64,000 bases of DNA from Bugula neritina (lineage: Eukaryota; Animalia; Bryozoa), in assembly GCA_964035545.1 (NCBI GenBank), contig CAXIUT010000103.1:62001-126000 (forward strand). Direction: 5' to 3'. The notes under the pieces were generated by a model. The model had not been told where the DNA came from. It worked only from the letters and a program-made list of their open reading frames with translations, and ran no database searches. Positions 39,401 to 54,400 of this stretch are shown in pieces (positions within the stretch are counted from its first letter, which is position 1; every line of letters begins with the position of its first letter). A program made the position numbers and the translations under genes.

Positions 39401-42400
39401 ATTTCATTGCACCAGCATCAGTTGCAAGATAGGTGTGTTGGGAGTTATCTTTCCCAAAATTTTGTTCTTGGTGTTTATACGAAGCAGACACAGGCTAATA
39501 TTAGTTTTGTTATTTGTAAGAGTTTTTCTGTCTGATTGTCCATCAGCAAAAGTTTGGCCTTGCAGTTATTATGGAAATACCAGTGATGCTGGAAGACCTT
39601 TGCATTGTACACCCGCCTTTACTATTGAATTTAGATGTTTTATTTTCCCATCCCCTCTCCTGCCCCCCTGTCCCCTCTAACAACCAGCAATCCTGACTCA
39701 TGTGAATTGTGTTATTGTTCTAGAGTTGGCCCATGGGCCTACAGTATACGATTTGAAGCTTTATAGTTTACAGGCAGTGGAGATGAGTCACTGCTAAAAC
39801 CCATTTTGTTAGTAGACTATATTGCTCTTCAATCATCAGTTTTCATATTAAAAGAGAAAGCTCATCTGCAGCGCCATTTCACAGTGTTTTATTTTGCTAG
39901 AGCAATAACTAATTTTAGATGCCTTTGCAAACATATGAGAAATAAATGAGTCATTCTATGAAAAGAGGTGTTTGCAGCAATTGTCCACTTTTGATTTACA
40001 AGCGGCATGGAAACTTTTGTAGTTATAAATAATATCTCCAAACTCATCACTTGCATGTGTTTATAGACTTGATAAAGTTTTTTATGCAAAACTTGATGCC
40101 TGCTTCAAAGACACCAGTGCTTAATTACTGTGTTAACTGTATTGGCACGTTGCCATGAGATATTTGGCAATATTTCGCATCACAACAAACTCTTCAGAAA
40201 GTTAAGAAAATCAGTCTAGACAGTTAATGAAATAAACCTACCAGAAAGAGTAAACCAGATGTAACAAGTAGATCCAAAACAATTAGTTGATTAACAATTG
40301 AAGTTGAAATCTCCATGTAGTCAACACTTTAGTCCTAATGTCAAATGCAAACGTCTGCAACCAAACTGTGTAGACTTCATGAGCTGGTTAGCTGACAGGA
40401 CTCATTAAAGTTCTTAACTCTTGTGTGTATAGTGATGCCCATCTTGAACTAGAGAGGGCTGACTGAAGACTGCTACTTTGTGAAAATTGACAATGCATAT
40501 TATTATTATTCATTGTTGAGATTCACGACTGCCATAAACAATGATAAAATATTCATTGTTGGTACTACTGAGTAGAATAAAATATAATATAATATTATTT
40601 TCTGGACAGATAAATAATATCAAATGCATATTATAACTTACCATAAATCTACAGTGCTTCACATCTTCACTTTTTTCTGCAATGTTATTTCTTTGCAGTT
40701 AGAAGTACTAGCTGAATATATGACTATGAAACATAACCCTTCAATTTCATTGCACCAGCATCAGTTGCAAGATAGGTGTGTTGGGAGTTATCTTTCCCAA
40801 AATTTTGTTCTTGGTGTTTATACGAAGCAGACACAGGCTAATATTAGTTTTGTTATTTGTAAGAGTTTTTCTGTCTGATTGTCCATCAGCAAAAGTTTGG
40901 CCTTGCAGTTATTATGGAAATACCAGTGATGCTGGAAGACCTTTGCATTGTACACCCGCCTTTACTATTGAATTTAGATGTTTTATTTTCCCATCCCCTC
41001 TCCTGCCCCCCTGTCCCCTCTAACAACCAGCAATCCTGACTCATGTGAATTGTGTTATTGTTCTAGAGTTGGCCCATGGGCCTACAGTATACGATTTGAA
41101 GCTTTATAGTTTACAGGCAGTGGAGATGAGTCACTGCTAAAACCCATTTTGTTAGTAGACTATATTGCTCTTCAATCATCAGTTTTCATATTAAAAGAGA
41201 AAGCTCATCTGCAGCGCCATTTCACAGTGTTTTATTTTGCTAGAGCAATAACTAATTTTAGATGCCTTTGCAAACATATGAGAAATAAATGAGTCATTCT
41301 ATGAAAAGAGGTGTTTGCAGCAATTGTCCACTTTTGATTTACAAGCGGCATGGAAACTTTTGTAGTTATAAATAATATCTCCAAACTCATCACTTGCATG
41401 TGTTTATAGACTTGATAAAGTTTTTTATGCAAAACTTGATGCCTGCTTCAAAGACACCAGTGCTTAATTACTGTGTTAACTGTATTGGCACGTTGCCATG
41501 AGATATTTGGCAATATTTCGCATCACAACAAACTCTTCAGAAAGTTAAGAAAATCAGTCTAGACAGTTAATGAAATAAACCTACCAGAAAGAGTAAACCA
41601 GATGTAACAAGTAGATCCAAAACAATTAGTTGATTAACAATTGAAGTTAAAATCTCCATGTAGTCAACACTTTAGTCCTAATGTCAAATGCAAACGTCTG
41701 CAACCAAACTGTGTAGACTTCATGAGCTGGTTAGCTGAAAGGACTCATTAAAGTTCTTAACTCTTGTGTGTATAGTGATGCCCATCTTGAACTAGAGAGG
41801 GCTGACTGAAGACTGCTACTTTGTGAAAATTGACAATGTATATTATTATTATTCATTGTTGAGATTCACGACTGCCATAAACAATGATAAAATATTCATT
41901 GTTGGTACTACTGAGTAGAATAAAATATAATATAATATTATTTTCTGGACAGATAAATAATATCAAATGCATAATATAACTTACCATAAATCTACAGTGC
42001 TTCACATCTTCACCTTTTTCTGCAATGTTATTTCTTTGCAGTTAGAAGTACTAGCTGAATATATGACTATGAAACATAACCCTTCAATTTCATTGCACCA
42101 GCATCAGTTGCAAGATAGGTGTGTTGGGAGTTATCCTTCCCAAAATTTTGTTCTTGGTGTTTATACGAAGCAGACACAGGCTAATATTAGTTTTGTTATT
42201 TGTAAGAGTTTTTCTGTCTGATTGTCCATCAGCAAAAGTTTGGCCTTGCAGTTATTATGGAAATACCAGTGATGCTGGAAGACCTTTGCATTGTACACCC
42301 GCCTTTACTATTGAATTTAGATGTTTTATTTTCCCATCCCCTCTCCTGCCCCCCTGTCCCCTCTAACAACCAGCAATCCTGACTCATGTGAATTGTGTTA

Positions 42401-45400
42401 TTGTTCTAGAGTTGGCCCATGGGCCTACAGTATACGATTTGAAGCTTTATAGTTTACAGGCAGTGGAGATGAGTCACTGCTAAAACCCATTTTGTTAGTA
42501 GACTATATTGCTCTTCAATCATCAGTTTTCATATTAAAAGAGAAAGCTCATCTGCAGCGCCATTTCACAGTGTTTTATTTTGCTAGAGCAATAACTAATT
42601 TTAGATGCCTTTGCAAACATATGAGAAATAAATGAGTCATTCTATGAAAAGAGGTGTTTGCAGCAATTGTCCACTTTTGATTTACAAGCGGCATGGAAAC
42701 TTTTGTAGTTATAAATAATATCTCCAAACTCATCACTTGCATGTGTTTATAGACTTGATAAAGTTTTTTATGCAAAACTTGATGCCTGCTTCAAAGACAC
42801 CAGTGCTTAATTACTGTGTTAACTGTATTGGCACGTTGCCATGAGATATTTGGCAATATTTCGCATCACAACAAACTCTTCAGAAAGTTAAGAAAATCAG
42901 TCTAGACAGTTAATGAAATAAACCTACCAGAAAGAGTAAACCAGATGTAACAAGTAGATCCAAAACAATTAGTTGATTAACAATTGAAGTTGAAATCTCC
43001 ATGTAGTCAACACTTTAGTCCTAATGTCAAATGCAAACGTCTGCAACCAAACTGTGTAGACTTCATGAGCTGGTTAGCTGAAAGGACTCATTAAAGTTCT
43101 TAACTCTTGTGTGTATAGTGATGCCCATCTTGAACTAGAGAGGGCTGACTGAAGACTGCTACTTTGTGAAAATTGACAATGTATATTATTATTATTCATT
43201 GTTGAGATTCACGACTGCCATAAACAATGATAAAATATTCATTGTTGGTACTACTGAGTAGAATAAAATATAATATAATATTATTTTCTGGACAAATAAA
43301 TAATATCAAATGCATATTATAACTTACCATTAATCTACAGTGCTTCACATCTTCACTTTTTTCTGCAATGTTATTTCTTTGCAGTTAGAAGTACTAGTTG
43401 AAAATATGACTATGAAACATAACCCTTCAATTTCATTGCACCAGCACCAGTTGCAAGATAGGTGTGTTGGGAGTTATCCTTCCCAAAAGTTTTGTTCTTG
43501 GTGTTTATACGAAGCAGACACAAGCTAATATTAGTTTTGTTATTTGTAAGAGTTTTTCTGTCTGATTGTCCATCAGCAAAGTTTGGCCTTGCAGTTATTA
43601 TGGAAATACCAGTGATGCTGGAAGACCTTTGCATTGTACACCCGCCTTTACTATTGAATTTAGATGTTTTATTTTCCCATCCCCTCTCCTGCCCCCCTGT
43701 CCCCTCTAACAACCAGCAATCCTGACTCATGTGAATTGTGTTATTGTTCTAGAGTTGGCCCATGGGCCTACAGTATACGATTTGAAGCTTTATAGTTTAC
43801 AGGCAGTGGAGATGAGTCACTGCTAAAACCCATTTTGTTAGTAGACTATATTGCTCTTCAATCATCAGTTTTCATATTAAAAGAGAAAGCTCATCTGCAG
43901 CGCCATTTCACAGTGTTTTATTTTGCAAGAGCAATAACTAATTTTAGATGCCTTTGCAAACATATGAGAAATAAATGAGTCATTCTATGAAAAGAGGTGT
44001 TTGCAGCAATTGTCCACTTTTGATTTACAAGCGGCATGGAAACTTTTGTAGTTTTAAATAATATCTCCAAACTCATCACTTGCATGTGTTTATAGACTTG
44101 ATAAAGTTTTTTATGCAAAACTTGATGCCTGCTTCAAAGACACCAGTGCTTAATTACTGTGTTAACTGTATTGGCACGTTGCCATGAGATATTTGGTAAT
44201 ATTTCGCATCACAACAAACTCTTCAGAAAGTTAAGAAAATCAGTCTAGAAAGTTAATGAAATAAACCTACCAGAAAGAGTAAGCCAGATGTAACAAGTAG
44301 ATCCAAAACAATTAGTTGATTAACAATTGAAGTTGAAATCTCCATGTAGTCAACACTTTAGTCCTAATGTCAAATGCAAACGTCTGCAACCAAACTGTGT
44401 AGACTTCATGAGCTGGTTAGCTGAAAGGACTCATTAAAGTTCTTAACTCTTGTGTGTATAGTGATGCCCATCTTGAACTAGAGAGGGCTGACTGAAGACT
44501 GCTACTTTGTGAAAATTGACAATGCATATTATTATTATTCATTGTTGAGATTCACGACTGCCATAAACAATGATAAAATATTCATTGTTGGTACTACTGA
44601 GTAGAATAAAATATAATATAATATTATTTTCTGGACAGATAAATAATATCAAATGCATATTATAACTTACCATAAATCTACAGTGCTTCACATCTTCACT
44701 TTTTTCTGCAATGTTATTTCTTTGCAGTTAGAAGTACTAGCTGAATATATGACTATGAAACATAACCCTTCAATTTCATTGCACCAGCATCAGTTGCAAG
44801 ATAGGTGTGTTGGGAGTTATCTTTCCCAAAATTTTGTTCTTGGTGTTTATACGAAGCAGACACAGGCTAATATTAGTTTTGTTATTTGTAAGAGTTTTTC
44901 TGTCTGATTGTCCATCAGCAAAAGTTTGGCCTTGCAGTTATTATGGAAATACCAGTGATGCTGGAAGACCTTTGCATTGTACACCCGCCTTTACTATTGA
45001 ATTTAGATGTTTTATTTTCCCATCCCCTCTCCTGCCCCCCTGTCCCCTCTAACAACCAGCAATCCTGACTCATGTGAATTGTGTTATTGTTCTAGAGTTG
45101 GCCCATGGGCCTACAGTATACGATTTGAAGCTTTATAGTTTACAGGCAGTGGAGATGAGTCACTGCTAAAACCCATTTTGTTAGTAGACTATATTGCTCT
45201 TCAATCATCAGTTTTCATATTAAAAGAGAAAGCTCATCTGCAGCGCCATTTCACAGTGTTTTATTTTGCTAGAGCAATAACTAATTTTAGATGCCTTTGC
45301 AAACATATGAGAAATAAATGAGTCATTCTATGAAAAGAGGTGTTTGCAGCAATTGTCCACTTTTGATTTACAAGCGGCATGGAAACTTTTGTAGTTATAA

Positions 45401-48400
45401 ATAATATCTCCAAACTCATCACTTGCATGTGTTTATAGACTTGATAAAGTTTTTTATGCAAAACTTGATGCCTGCTTCAAAGACACCAGTGCTTAATTAC
45501 TGTGTTAACTGTATTGGCACGTTGCCATGAGATATTTGGCAATATTTCGCATCACAACAAACTCTTCAGAAAGTTAAGAAAATCAGTCTAGACAGTTAAT
45601 GAAATAAACCTACCAGAAAGAGTAAACCAGATGTAACAAGTAGATCCAAAACAATTAGTTGATTAACAATTGAAGTTGAAATCTCCATGTAGTCAACACT
45701 TTAGTCCTAATGTCAAATGCAAACGTCTGCAACCAAACTGTGTAGACTTCATGAGCTGGTTAGCTGAAAGGACTCATTAAAGTTCTTAACTCTTGTGTGT
45801 ATAGTGATGCCCATCTTGAACTAGAGAGGGCTGACTGAAGACTGCTACTTTGTGAAAATTGACAATGTATATTATTATTATTCATTGTTGAGATTCACGA
45901 CTGCCATAAACAATGATAAAATATTCATTGTTGGTACTACTGAGTAGAATAAAATATAATATAATATTATTTTCTGGACAGATAAATAATATCAAATGCA
46001 TAATATAACTTACCATAAATCTACAGTGCTTCACATCTTCACCTTTTTCTGCAATGTTATTTCTTTGCAGTTAGAAGTACTAGCTGAATATATGACTATG
46101 AAACATAACCCTTCAATTTCATTGCACCAGCATCAGTTGCAAGATAGGTGTGTTGGGAGTTATCTTTCCCAAAATTTTGTTCTTGGTGTTTATACGAAGC
46201 AGACACAGGCTAATATTAGTTTTGTTATTTGCAAGAGTTTTTCTGTCTGATTGTCCATCAGCAAAAATTTGGCCTTGCAGTTATTATGGAAATACCAGTG
46301 ATGCTGGAAGACCTTTGCATTGTACACCCGCCTTTACTATTGAATTTAGATGTTTTATTTTCCCATCCCCTCTCCTGCCCCCCTGTCCCCTCTAACAACC
46401 AGCAATCCTGACTCATGTGAATTGTGTTATTGTTCTAGAGTTGGCCCATGGGCCTACAGTATACGATTTGAAGCTTTATAGTTTACAGGCAGTGGAGATG
46501 AGTCACTGCTAAAACCCATTTTGTTAGTAGACTATGTTGCTCTTCAATCATCAGTTTTCATATTAAAAGAGAAAGCTCATCTGCAGCGCCATTTCACAGT
46601 GTTTTATTTTGCTAGAGCAATAACTAATTTTAGATGCCTTTGCAAACATATGAGAAATAAATGAGTCATTCTATGAAAAGAGGTGTTTGCAGCAATTGTC
46701 CACTTTTGATTTACAAGCGGCATGGAAACTTTTGTAGTTTTAAATAATATCTCCAAACTCATCACTTGCATGTGTTTATAGACTTGATAAAGTTTTTTAT
46801 GCAAAACTTGATGCCTGCTTCAAAGACACCAGTGCTTAATTACTGTGTTAACTGTATTGGCACGTTGCCATGAGATATTTGGTAATATTTCGCATCACAA
46901 CAAACTCTTCAGAAAGTTAAGAAAATCAGTCTAGAAAGTTAATGAAATAAACCTACCAGAAAGAGTAAGCCAGATGTAACAAGTAGATCCAAAACAAGTT
47001 GATTAACAATTGAAGTTGAAATCTCCATGTAGTCAACACTTTAGTCCTAATGTCAAATGCAAACGTCTGCAACCAAACTGTGTAGACTTCATGAGCTGGT
47101 TAGCTGAAAGGACTCATTAAAGTTCTTAACTCTTGTGTGTATAGTGATGCCCATCTTGAACTAGAGAGGGCTGACTGAAGACTGCTACTTTGTGAAAATT
47201 GACAATGCATATTATTATTATTCATTGTTGAGATTCACGACTGCCATAAACAATGATAAAATATTCATTGTTGGTACTACTGAGTAGAATAAAATATAAT
47301 ATAATATTATTTTCTGGACAAATAAATAATATCAAATGCATATTATAACTTACCATTAATCTACAGTGCTTCACATCTTCACTTTTTTCTGCAATGTTAT
47401 TTCTTTGCAGTTAGAAGTACTAGTTGAAAATATGACTATGAAACATAACCCTTCAATTTCATTGCACCAGCACCAGTTGCAAGATAGGTGTGTTGGGAGT
47501 TATCCTTCCCAAAAGTTTTGTTCTTGGTGTTTATACGAAGCAGACACAAGCTAATATTAGTTTTGTTATTTGTAAGAGTTTTTCTGTCTGATTGTCCATC
47601 AGCAAAGTTTGGCCTTGCAGTTATTATGGAAATACCAGTGATGCTGGAAGACCTTTGCATTGTACACCCGCCTTTACTATTGAATTTAGATGTTTTATTT
47701 TCCCATCCCCTCTCCTGCCCCCCTGTCCCCTCTAACAACCAGCAATCCTGACTCATGTGAATTGTGTTATTGTTCTAGAGTTGGCCCATGGGCCTACAGT
47801 ATACGATTTGAAGCTTTATAGTTTACAGGCAGTGGAGATGAGTCACTGCTAAAACCCATTTTGTTAGTAGACTATATTGCTCTTCAATCATCAGTTTTCA
47901 TATTAAAAGAGAAAGCTCATCTGCAGCGCCATTTCACAGTGTTTTATTTTGCAAGAGCAATAACTAATTTTAGATGCCTTTGCAAACATATGAGAAATAA
48001 ATGAGTCATTCTATGAAAAGAGGTGTTTGCAGCAATTGTCCACTTTTGATTTACAAGCGGCATGGAAACTTTTGTAGTTTTAAATAATATCTCCAAACTC
48101 ATCACTTGCATGTGTTTATAGACTTGATAAAGTTTTTTATGCAAAACTTGATGCCTGCTTCAAAGACACCAGTGCTTAATTACTGTGTTAACTGTATTGG
48201 CACGTTGCCATGAGATATTTGGTAATATTTCGCATCACAACAAACTCTTCAGAAAGTTAAGAAAATCAGTCTAGAAAGTTAATGAAATAAACCTACCAGA
48301 AAGAGTAAGCCAGATGTAACAAGTAGATCCAAAACAATTAGTTGATTAACAATTGAAGTTGAAATCTCCATGTAGTCAACACTTTAGTCCTAATGTCAAA

Positions 48401-51400
48401 TGCAAACGTCTGCAACCAAACTGTGTAGACTTCATGAGCTGGTTAGCTGAAAGGACTCATTAAAGTTCTTAACTCTTGTGTGTATAGTGATGCCCATCTT
48501 GAACTAGAGAGGGCTGACTGAAGACTGCTACTTTGTGAAAATTGACAATGCATATTATTATTATTCATTGTTGAGATTCACGACTGCCATAAACAATGAT
48601 AAAATATTCATTGTTGGTACTACTGAGTAGAATAAAATATAATATAATATTATTTTCTGGACAGATAAATAATATCAAATGCATATTATAACTTACCATA
48701 AATCTACAGTGCTTCACATCTTCACTTTTTTCTGCAATGTTATTTCTTTGCAGTTAGAAGTACTAGCTGAATATATGACTATGAAACATAACCCTTCAAT
48801 TTCATTGCACCAGCATCAGTTGCAAGATAGGTGTGTTGGGAGTTATCTTTCCCAAAATTTTGTTCTTGGTGTTTATACGAAGCAGACACAGGCTAATATT
48901 AGTTTTGTTATTTGTAAGAGTTTTTCTGTCTGATTGTCCATCAGCAAAAGTTTGGCCTTGCAGTTATTATGGAAATACCAGTGATGCTGGAAGACCTTTG
49001 CATTGTACACCCGCCTTTACTATTGAATTTAGATGTTTTATTTTCCCATCCCCTCTCCTGCCCCCCTGTCCCCTCTAACAACCAGCAATCCTGACTCATG
49101 TGAATTGTGTTATTGTTCTAGAGTTGGCCCATGGGCCTACAGTATACGATTTGAAGCTTTATAGTTTACAGGCAGTGGAGATGAGTCACTGCTAAAACCC
49201 ATTTTGTTAGTAGACTATATTGCTCTTCAATCATCAGTTTTCATATTAAAAGAGAAAGCTCATCTGCAGCGCCATTTCACAGTGTTTTATTTTGCTAGAG
49301 CAATAACTAATTTTAGATGCCTTTGCAAACATATGAGAAATAAATGAGTCATTCTATGAAAAGAGGTGTTTGCAGCAATTGTCCACTTTTGATTTACAAG
49401 CGGCATGGAAACTTTTGTAGTTATAAATAATATCTCCAAACTCATCACTTGCATGTGTTTATAGACTTGATAAAGTTTTTTATGCAAAACTTGATGCCTG
49501 CTTCAAAGACACCAGTGCTTAATTACTGTGTTAACTGTATTGGCACGTTGCCATGAGATATTTGGCAATATTTCGCATCACAACAAACTCTTCAGAAAGT
49601 TAAGAAAATCAGTCTAGACAGTTAATGAAATAAACCTACCAGAAAGAGTAAACCAGATGTAACAAGTAGATCCAAAACAATTAGTTGATTAACAATTGAA
49701 GTTGAAATCTCCATGTAGTCAACACTTTAGTCCTAATGTCAAATGCAAACGTCTGCAACCAAACTGTGTAGACTTCATGAGCTGGTTAGCTGAAAGGACT
49801 CATTAAAGTTCTTAACTCTTGTGTGTATAGTGATGCCCATCTTGAACTAGAGAGGGCTGACTGAAGACTGCTACTTTGTGAAAATTGACAATGTATATTA
49901 TTATTATTCATTGTTGAGATTCACGACTGCCATAAACAATGATAAAATATTCATTGTTGGTACTACTGAGTAGAATAAAATATAATATAATATTATTTTC
50001 TGGACAGATAAATAATATCAAATGCATAATATAACTTACCATAAATCTACAGTGCTTCACATCTTCACCTTTTTCTGCAATGTTATTTCTTTGCAGTTAG
50101 AAGTACTAGCTGAATATATGACTATGAAACATAACCCTTCAATTTCATTGCACCAGCATCAGTTGCAAGATAGGTGTGTTGGGAGTTATCTTTCCCAAAA
50201 TTTTGTTCTTGGTGTTTATACGAAGCAGACACAGGCTAATATTAGTTTTGTTATTTGTAAGAGTTTTTCTGTCTGATTGTCCATCAGCAAAAGTTTGGCC
50301 TTGCAGTTATTATGGAAATACCAGTGATGCTGGAAGACCTTTGCATTGTACACCCGCCTTTACTATTGAATTTAGATGTTTTATTTTCCCATCCCCTCTC
50401 CTGCCCCCCTGTCCCCTCTAACAACCAGCAATCCTGACTCATGTGAATTGTGTTATTGTTCTAGAGTTGGCCCATGGGCCTACAGTATACGATTTGAAGC
50501 TTTATAGTTTACAGGCAGTGGAGATGAGTCACTGCTAAAACCCATTTTGTTAGTAGACTATATTGCTCTTCAATCATCAGTTTTCATATTAAAAGAGAAA
50601 GCTCATCTGCAGCGCCATTTCACAGTGTTTTATTTTGCTAGAGCAATAACTAATTTTAGATGCCTTTGCAAACATATGAGAAATAAATGAGTCATTCTAT
50701 GAAAAGAGGTGTTTGCAGCAATTGTCCACTTTTGATTTACAAGCGGCATGGAAACTTTTGTAGTTTTAAATAACATCTCCAAACTCATCACTTGCATGTG
50801 TTTATAGACTTGATAAAGTTTTTTATGCAAAACTTGATGCCTGCTTCAAAGACACCAGTGCTTAATTACTGTGTTAACTGTATTGGCACGTTGCCATGAG
50901 ATATTTGGCAATATTTCGCATCACAACAAACTCTTCAGAAAGTTAAGAAAATCAGTCTAGAAAGTTAATGAAATAAACCTACCAGAAAGAGTAAACCAGA
51001 TGTAACAAGTAGATCCAAAACAATTAGTTGATTAACAATTGAAGTTGAAATCTCCATGTAGTCAACACTTTAGTCCTAATGTCAAATGCAAACGTCTGCA
51101 ACCAAACTGTGTAGACTTCATGAGCTGGTTAGCTGAAAGGACTCATTAAAGTTCTTAACTCTTGTGTGTATAGTGATGCCCATCTTGAACTAGAGAGGGC
51201 TGACTGAAGACTGCTACTTTGTGAAAATTGACAATGTATATTATTATTATTCATTGTTGAGATTCACGACTGCCATAAACAATGATAAAATATTCATTGT
51301 TGGTACTACTGAGTAGAATAAAATATAATATAATATTATTTTCTGGACAGATAAATAATATCAAATGCATATTATAACTTACCATAAATCTACAGTGCTT

Positions 51401-54400
51401 CACATCTTCACCTTTTTCTGCAATGTTATTTCTTTGCAGTTAGAAGTACTAGCTGAATATATGACTATGAAACATAACCCTTCAATTTCATTGCACCAGC
51501 ATCAGTTGCAAGATAGGTGTGTTGGGAGTTATCTTTCCCAAAATTTTGTTCTTGGTGTTTATACGAAGCAGACACAGGCTAATATTAGTTTTGCTATTTG
51601 CAAGAGTTTTTCTGTCTGATTGTCCATCAGCAAAAATTTGGCCTTGCAGTTATTATGGAAATACCAGTGATGCTGGAAGACCTTTGCATTGTACACCCGC
51701 CTTTACTATTGAATTTAGATGTTTTATTTTCCCATCCCCTCTCCTGCCCCCCTGTCCCCTCTAACAACCAGCAATCCTGACTCATGTGAATTGTGTTATT
51801 GTTCTAGAGTTGGCCCATGGGCCTACAGTATACGATTTGAAGCTTTATAGTTTACAGGCAGTGGAGATGAGTCACTGCTAAAACCCATTTTGTTAGTAGA
51901 CTATGTTGCTCTTCAATCATCAGTTTTCATATTAAAAGAGAAAGCTCATCTGCAGCGCCATTTCACAGTGTTTTATTTTGCTAGAGCAATAACTAATTTT
52001 AGATGCCTTTGCAAACATATGAGAAATAAATGAGTCATTCTATGAAAAGAGGTGTTTGCAGCAATTGTCCACTTTTGATTTACAAGCGGCATGGAAACTT
52101 TTGTAGTTTTAAATAATATCTCCAAACTCATCACTTGCATGTGTTTATAGACTTGATAAAGTTTTTTATGCAAAACTTGATGCCTGCTTCAAAGACACCA
52201 GTGCTTAATTACTGTGTTAACTGTATTGGCACGTTGCCATGAGATATTTGGTAATATTTCGCATCACAACAAACTCTTCAGAAAGTTAAGAAAATCAGTC
52301 TAGAAAGTTAATGAAATAAACCTACCAGAAAGAGTAAGCCAGATGTAACAAGTAGATCCAAAACAAGTTGATTAACAATTGAAGTTGAAATCTCCATGTA
52401 GTCAACACTTTAGTCCTAATGTCAAATGCAAACGTCTGCAACCAAACTGTGTAGACTTCATGAGCTGGTTAGCTGAAAGGACTCATTAAAGTTCTTAACT
52501 CTTGTGTGTATAGTGATGCCCATCTTGAACTAGAGAGGGCTGACTGAAGACTGCTACTTTGTGAAAATTGACAATGCATATTATTATTATTCATTGTTGA
52601 GATTCACGACTGCCATAAACAATGATAAAATATTCATTGTTGGTACTACTGAGTAGAATAAAATATAATATAATATTATTTTCTGGACAAATAAATAATA
52701 TCAAATGCATATTATAACTTACCATTAATCTACAGTGCTTCACATCTTCACTTTTTTCTGCAATGTTATTTCTTTGCAGTTAGAAGTACTAGTTGAAAAT
52801 ATGACTATGAAACATAACCCTTCAATTTCATTGCACCAGCACCAGTTGCAAGATAGGTGTGTTGGGAGTTATCCTTCCCAAAAGTTTTGTTCTTGGTGTT
52901 TATACGAAGCAGACACAAGCTAATATTAGTTTTGTTATTTGTAAGAGTTTTTCTGTCTGATTGTCCATCAGCAAAGTTTGGCCTTGCAGTTATTATGGAA
53001 ATACCAGTGATGCTGGAAGACCTTTGCATTGTACACCCGCCTTTACTATTGAATTTAGATGTTTTATTTTCCCATCCCCTCTCCTGCCCCCCTGTCCCCT
53101 CTAACAACCAGCAATCCTGACTCATGTGAATTGTGTTATTGTTCTAGAGTTGGCCCATGGGCCTACAGTATACGATTTGAAGCTTTATAGTTTACAGGCA
53201 GTGGAGATGAGTCACTGCTAAAACCCATTTTGTTAGTAGACTATATTGCTCTTCAATCATCAGTTTTCATATTAAAAGAGAAAGCTCATCTGCAGCGCCA
53301 TTTCACAGTGTTTTATTTTGCAAGAGCAATAACTAATTTTAGATGCCTTTGCAAACATATGAGAAATAAATGAGTCATTCTATGAAAAGAGGTGTTTGCA
53401 GCAATTGTCCACTTTTGATTTACAAGCGGCATGGAAACTTTTGTAGTTTTAAATAATATCTCCAAACTCATCACTTGCATGTGTTTATAGACTTGATAAA
53501 GTTTTTTATGCAAAACTTGATGCCTGCTTCAAAGACACCAGTGCTTAATTACTGTGTTAACTGTATTGGCACGTTGCCATGAGATATTTGGTAATATTTC
53601 GCATCACAACAAACTCTTCAGAAAGTTAAGAAAATCAGTCTAGAAAGTTAATGAAATAAACCTACCAGAAAGAGTAAGCCAGATGTAACAAGTAGATCCA
53701 AAACAAGTTGATTAACAATTGAAGTTGAAATCTCCATGTAGTCAACACTTTAGTCCTAATGTCAAATGCAAACGTCTGCAACCAAACTGTGTAGACTTCA
53801 TGAGCTGGTTAGCTGAAAGGACTCATTAAAGTTCTTAACTCTTGTGTGTATAGTGATGCCCATCTTGAACTAGAGAGGGCTGACTGAAGACTGCTACTTT
53901 GTGAAAATTGACAATGCATATTATTATTATTCATTGTTGAGATTCACGACTGCCATAAACAATGATAAAATATTCATTGTTGGTACTACTGAGTAGAATA
54001 AAATATAATATAATATTATTTTCTGGACAAATAAATAATATCAAATGCATATTATAACTTACCATTAATCTACAGTGCTTCACATCTTCACTTTTTTCTG
54101 CAATGTTATTTCTTTGCAGTTAGAAGTACTAGTTGAAAATATGACTATGAAACATAACCCTTCAATTTCATTGCACCAGCACCAGTTGCAAGATAGGTGT
54201 GTTGGGAGTTATCCTTCCCAAAAGTTTTGTTCTTGGTGTTTATACGAAGCAGACACAAGCTAATATTAGTTTTGTTATTTGTAAGAGTTTTTCTGTCTGA
54301 TTGTCCATCAGCAAAGTTTGGCCTTGCAGTTATTATGGAAATACCAGTGATGCTGGAAGACCTTTGCATTGTACACCCGCCTTTACTATTGAATTTAGAT

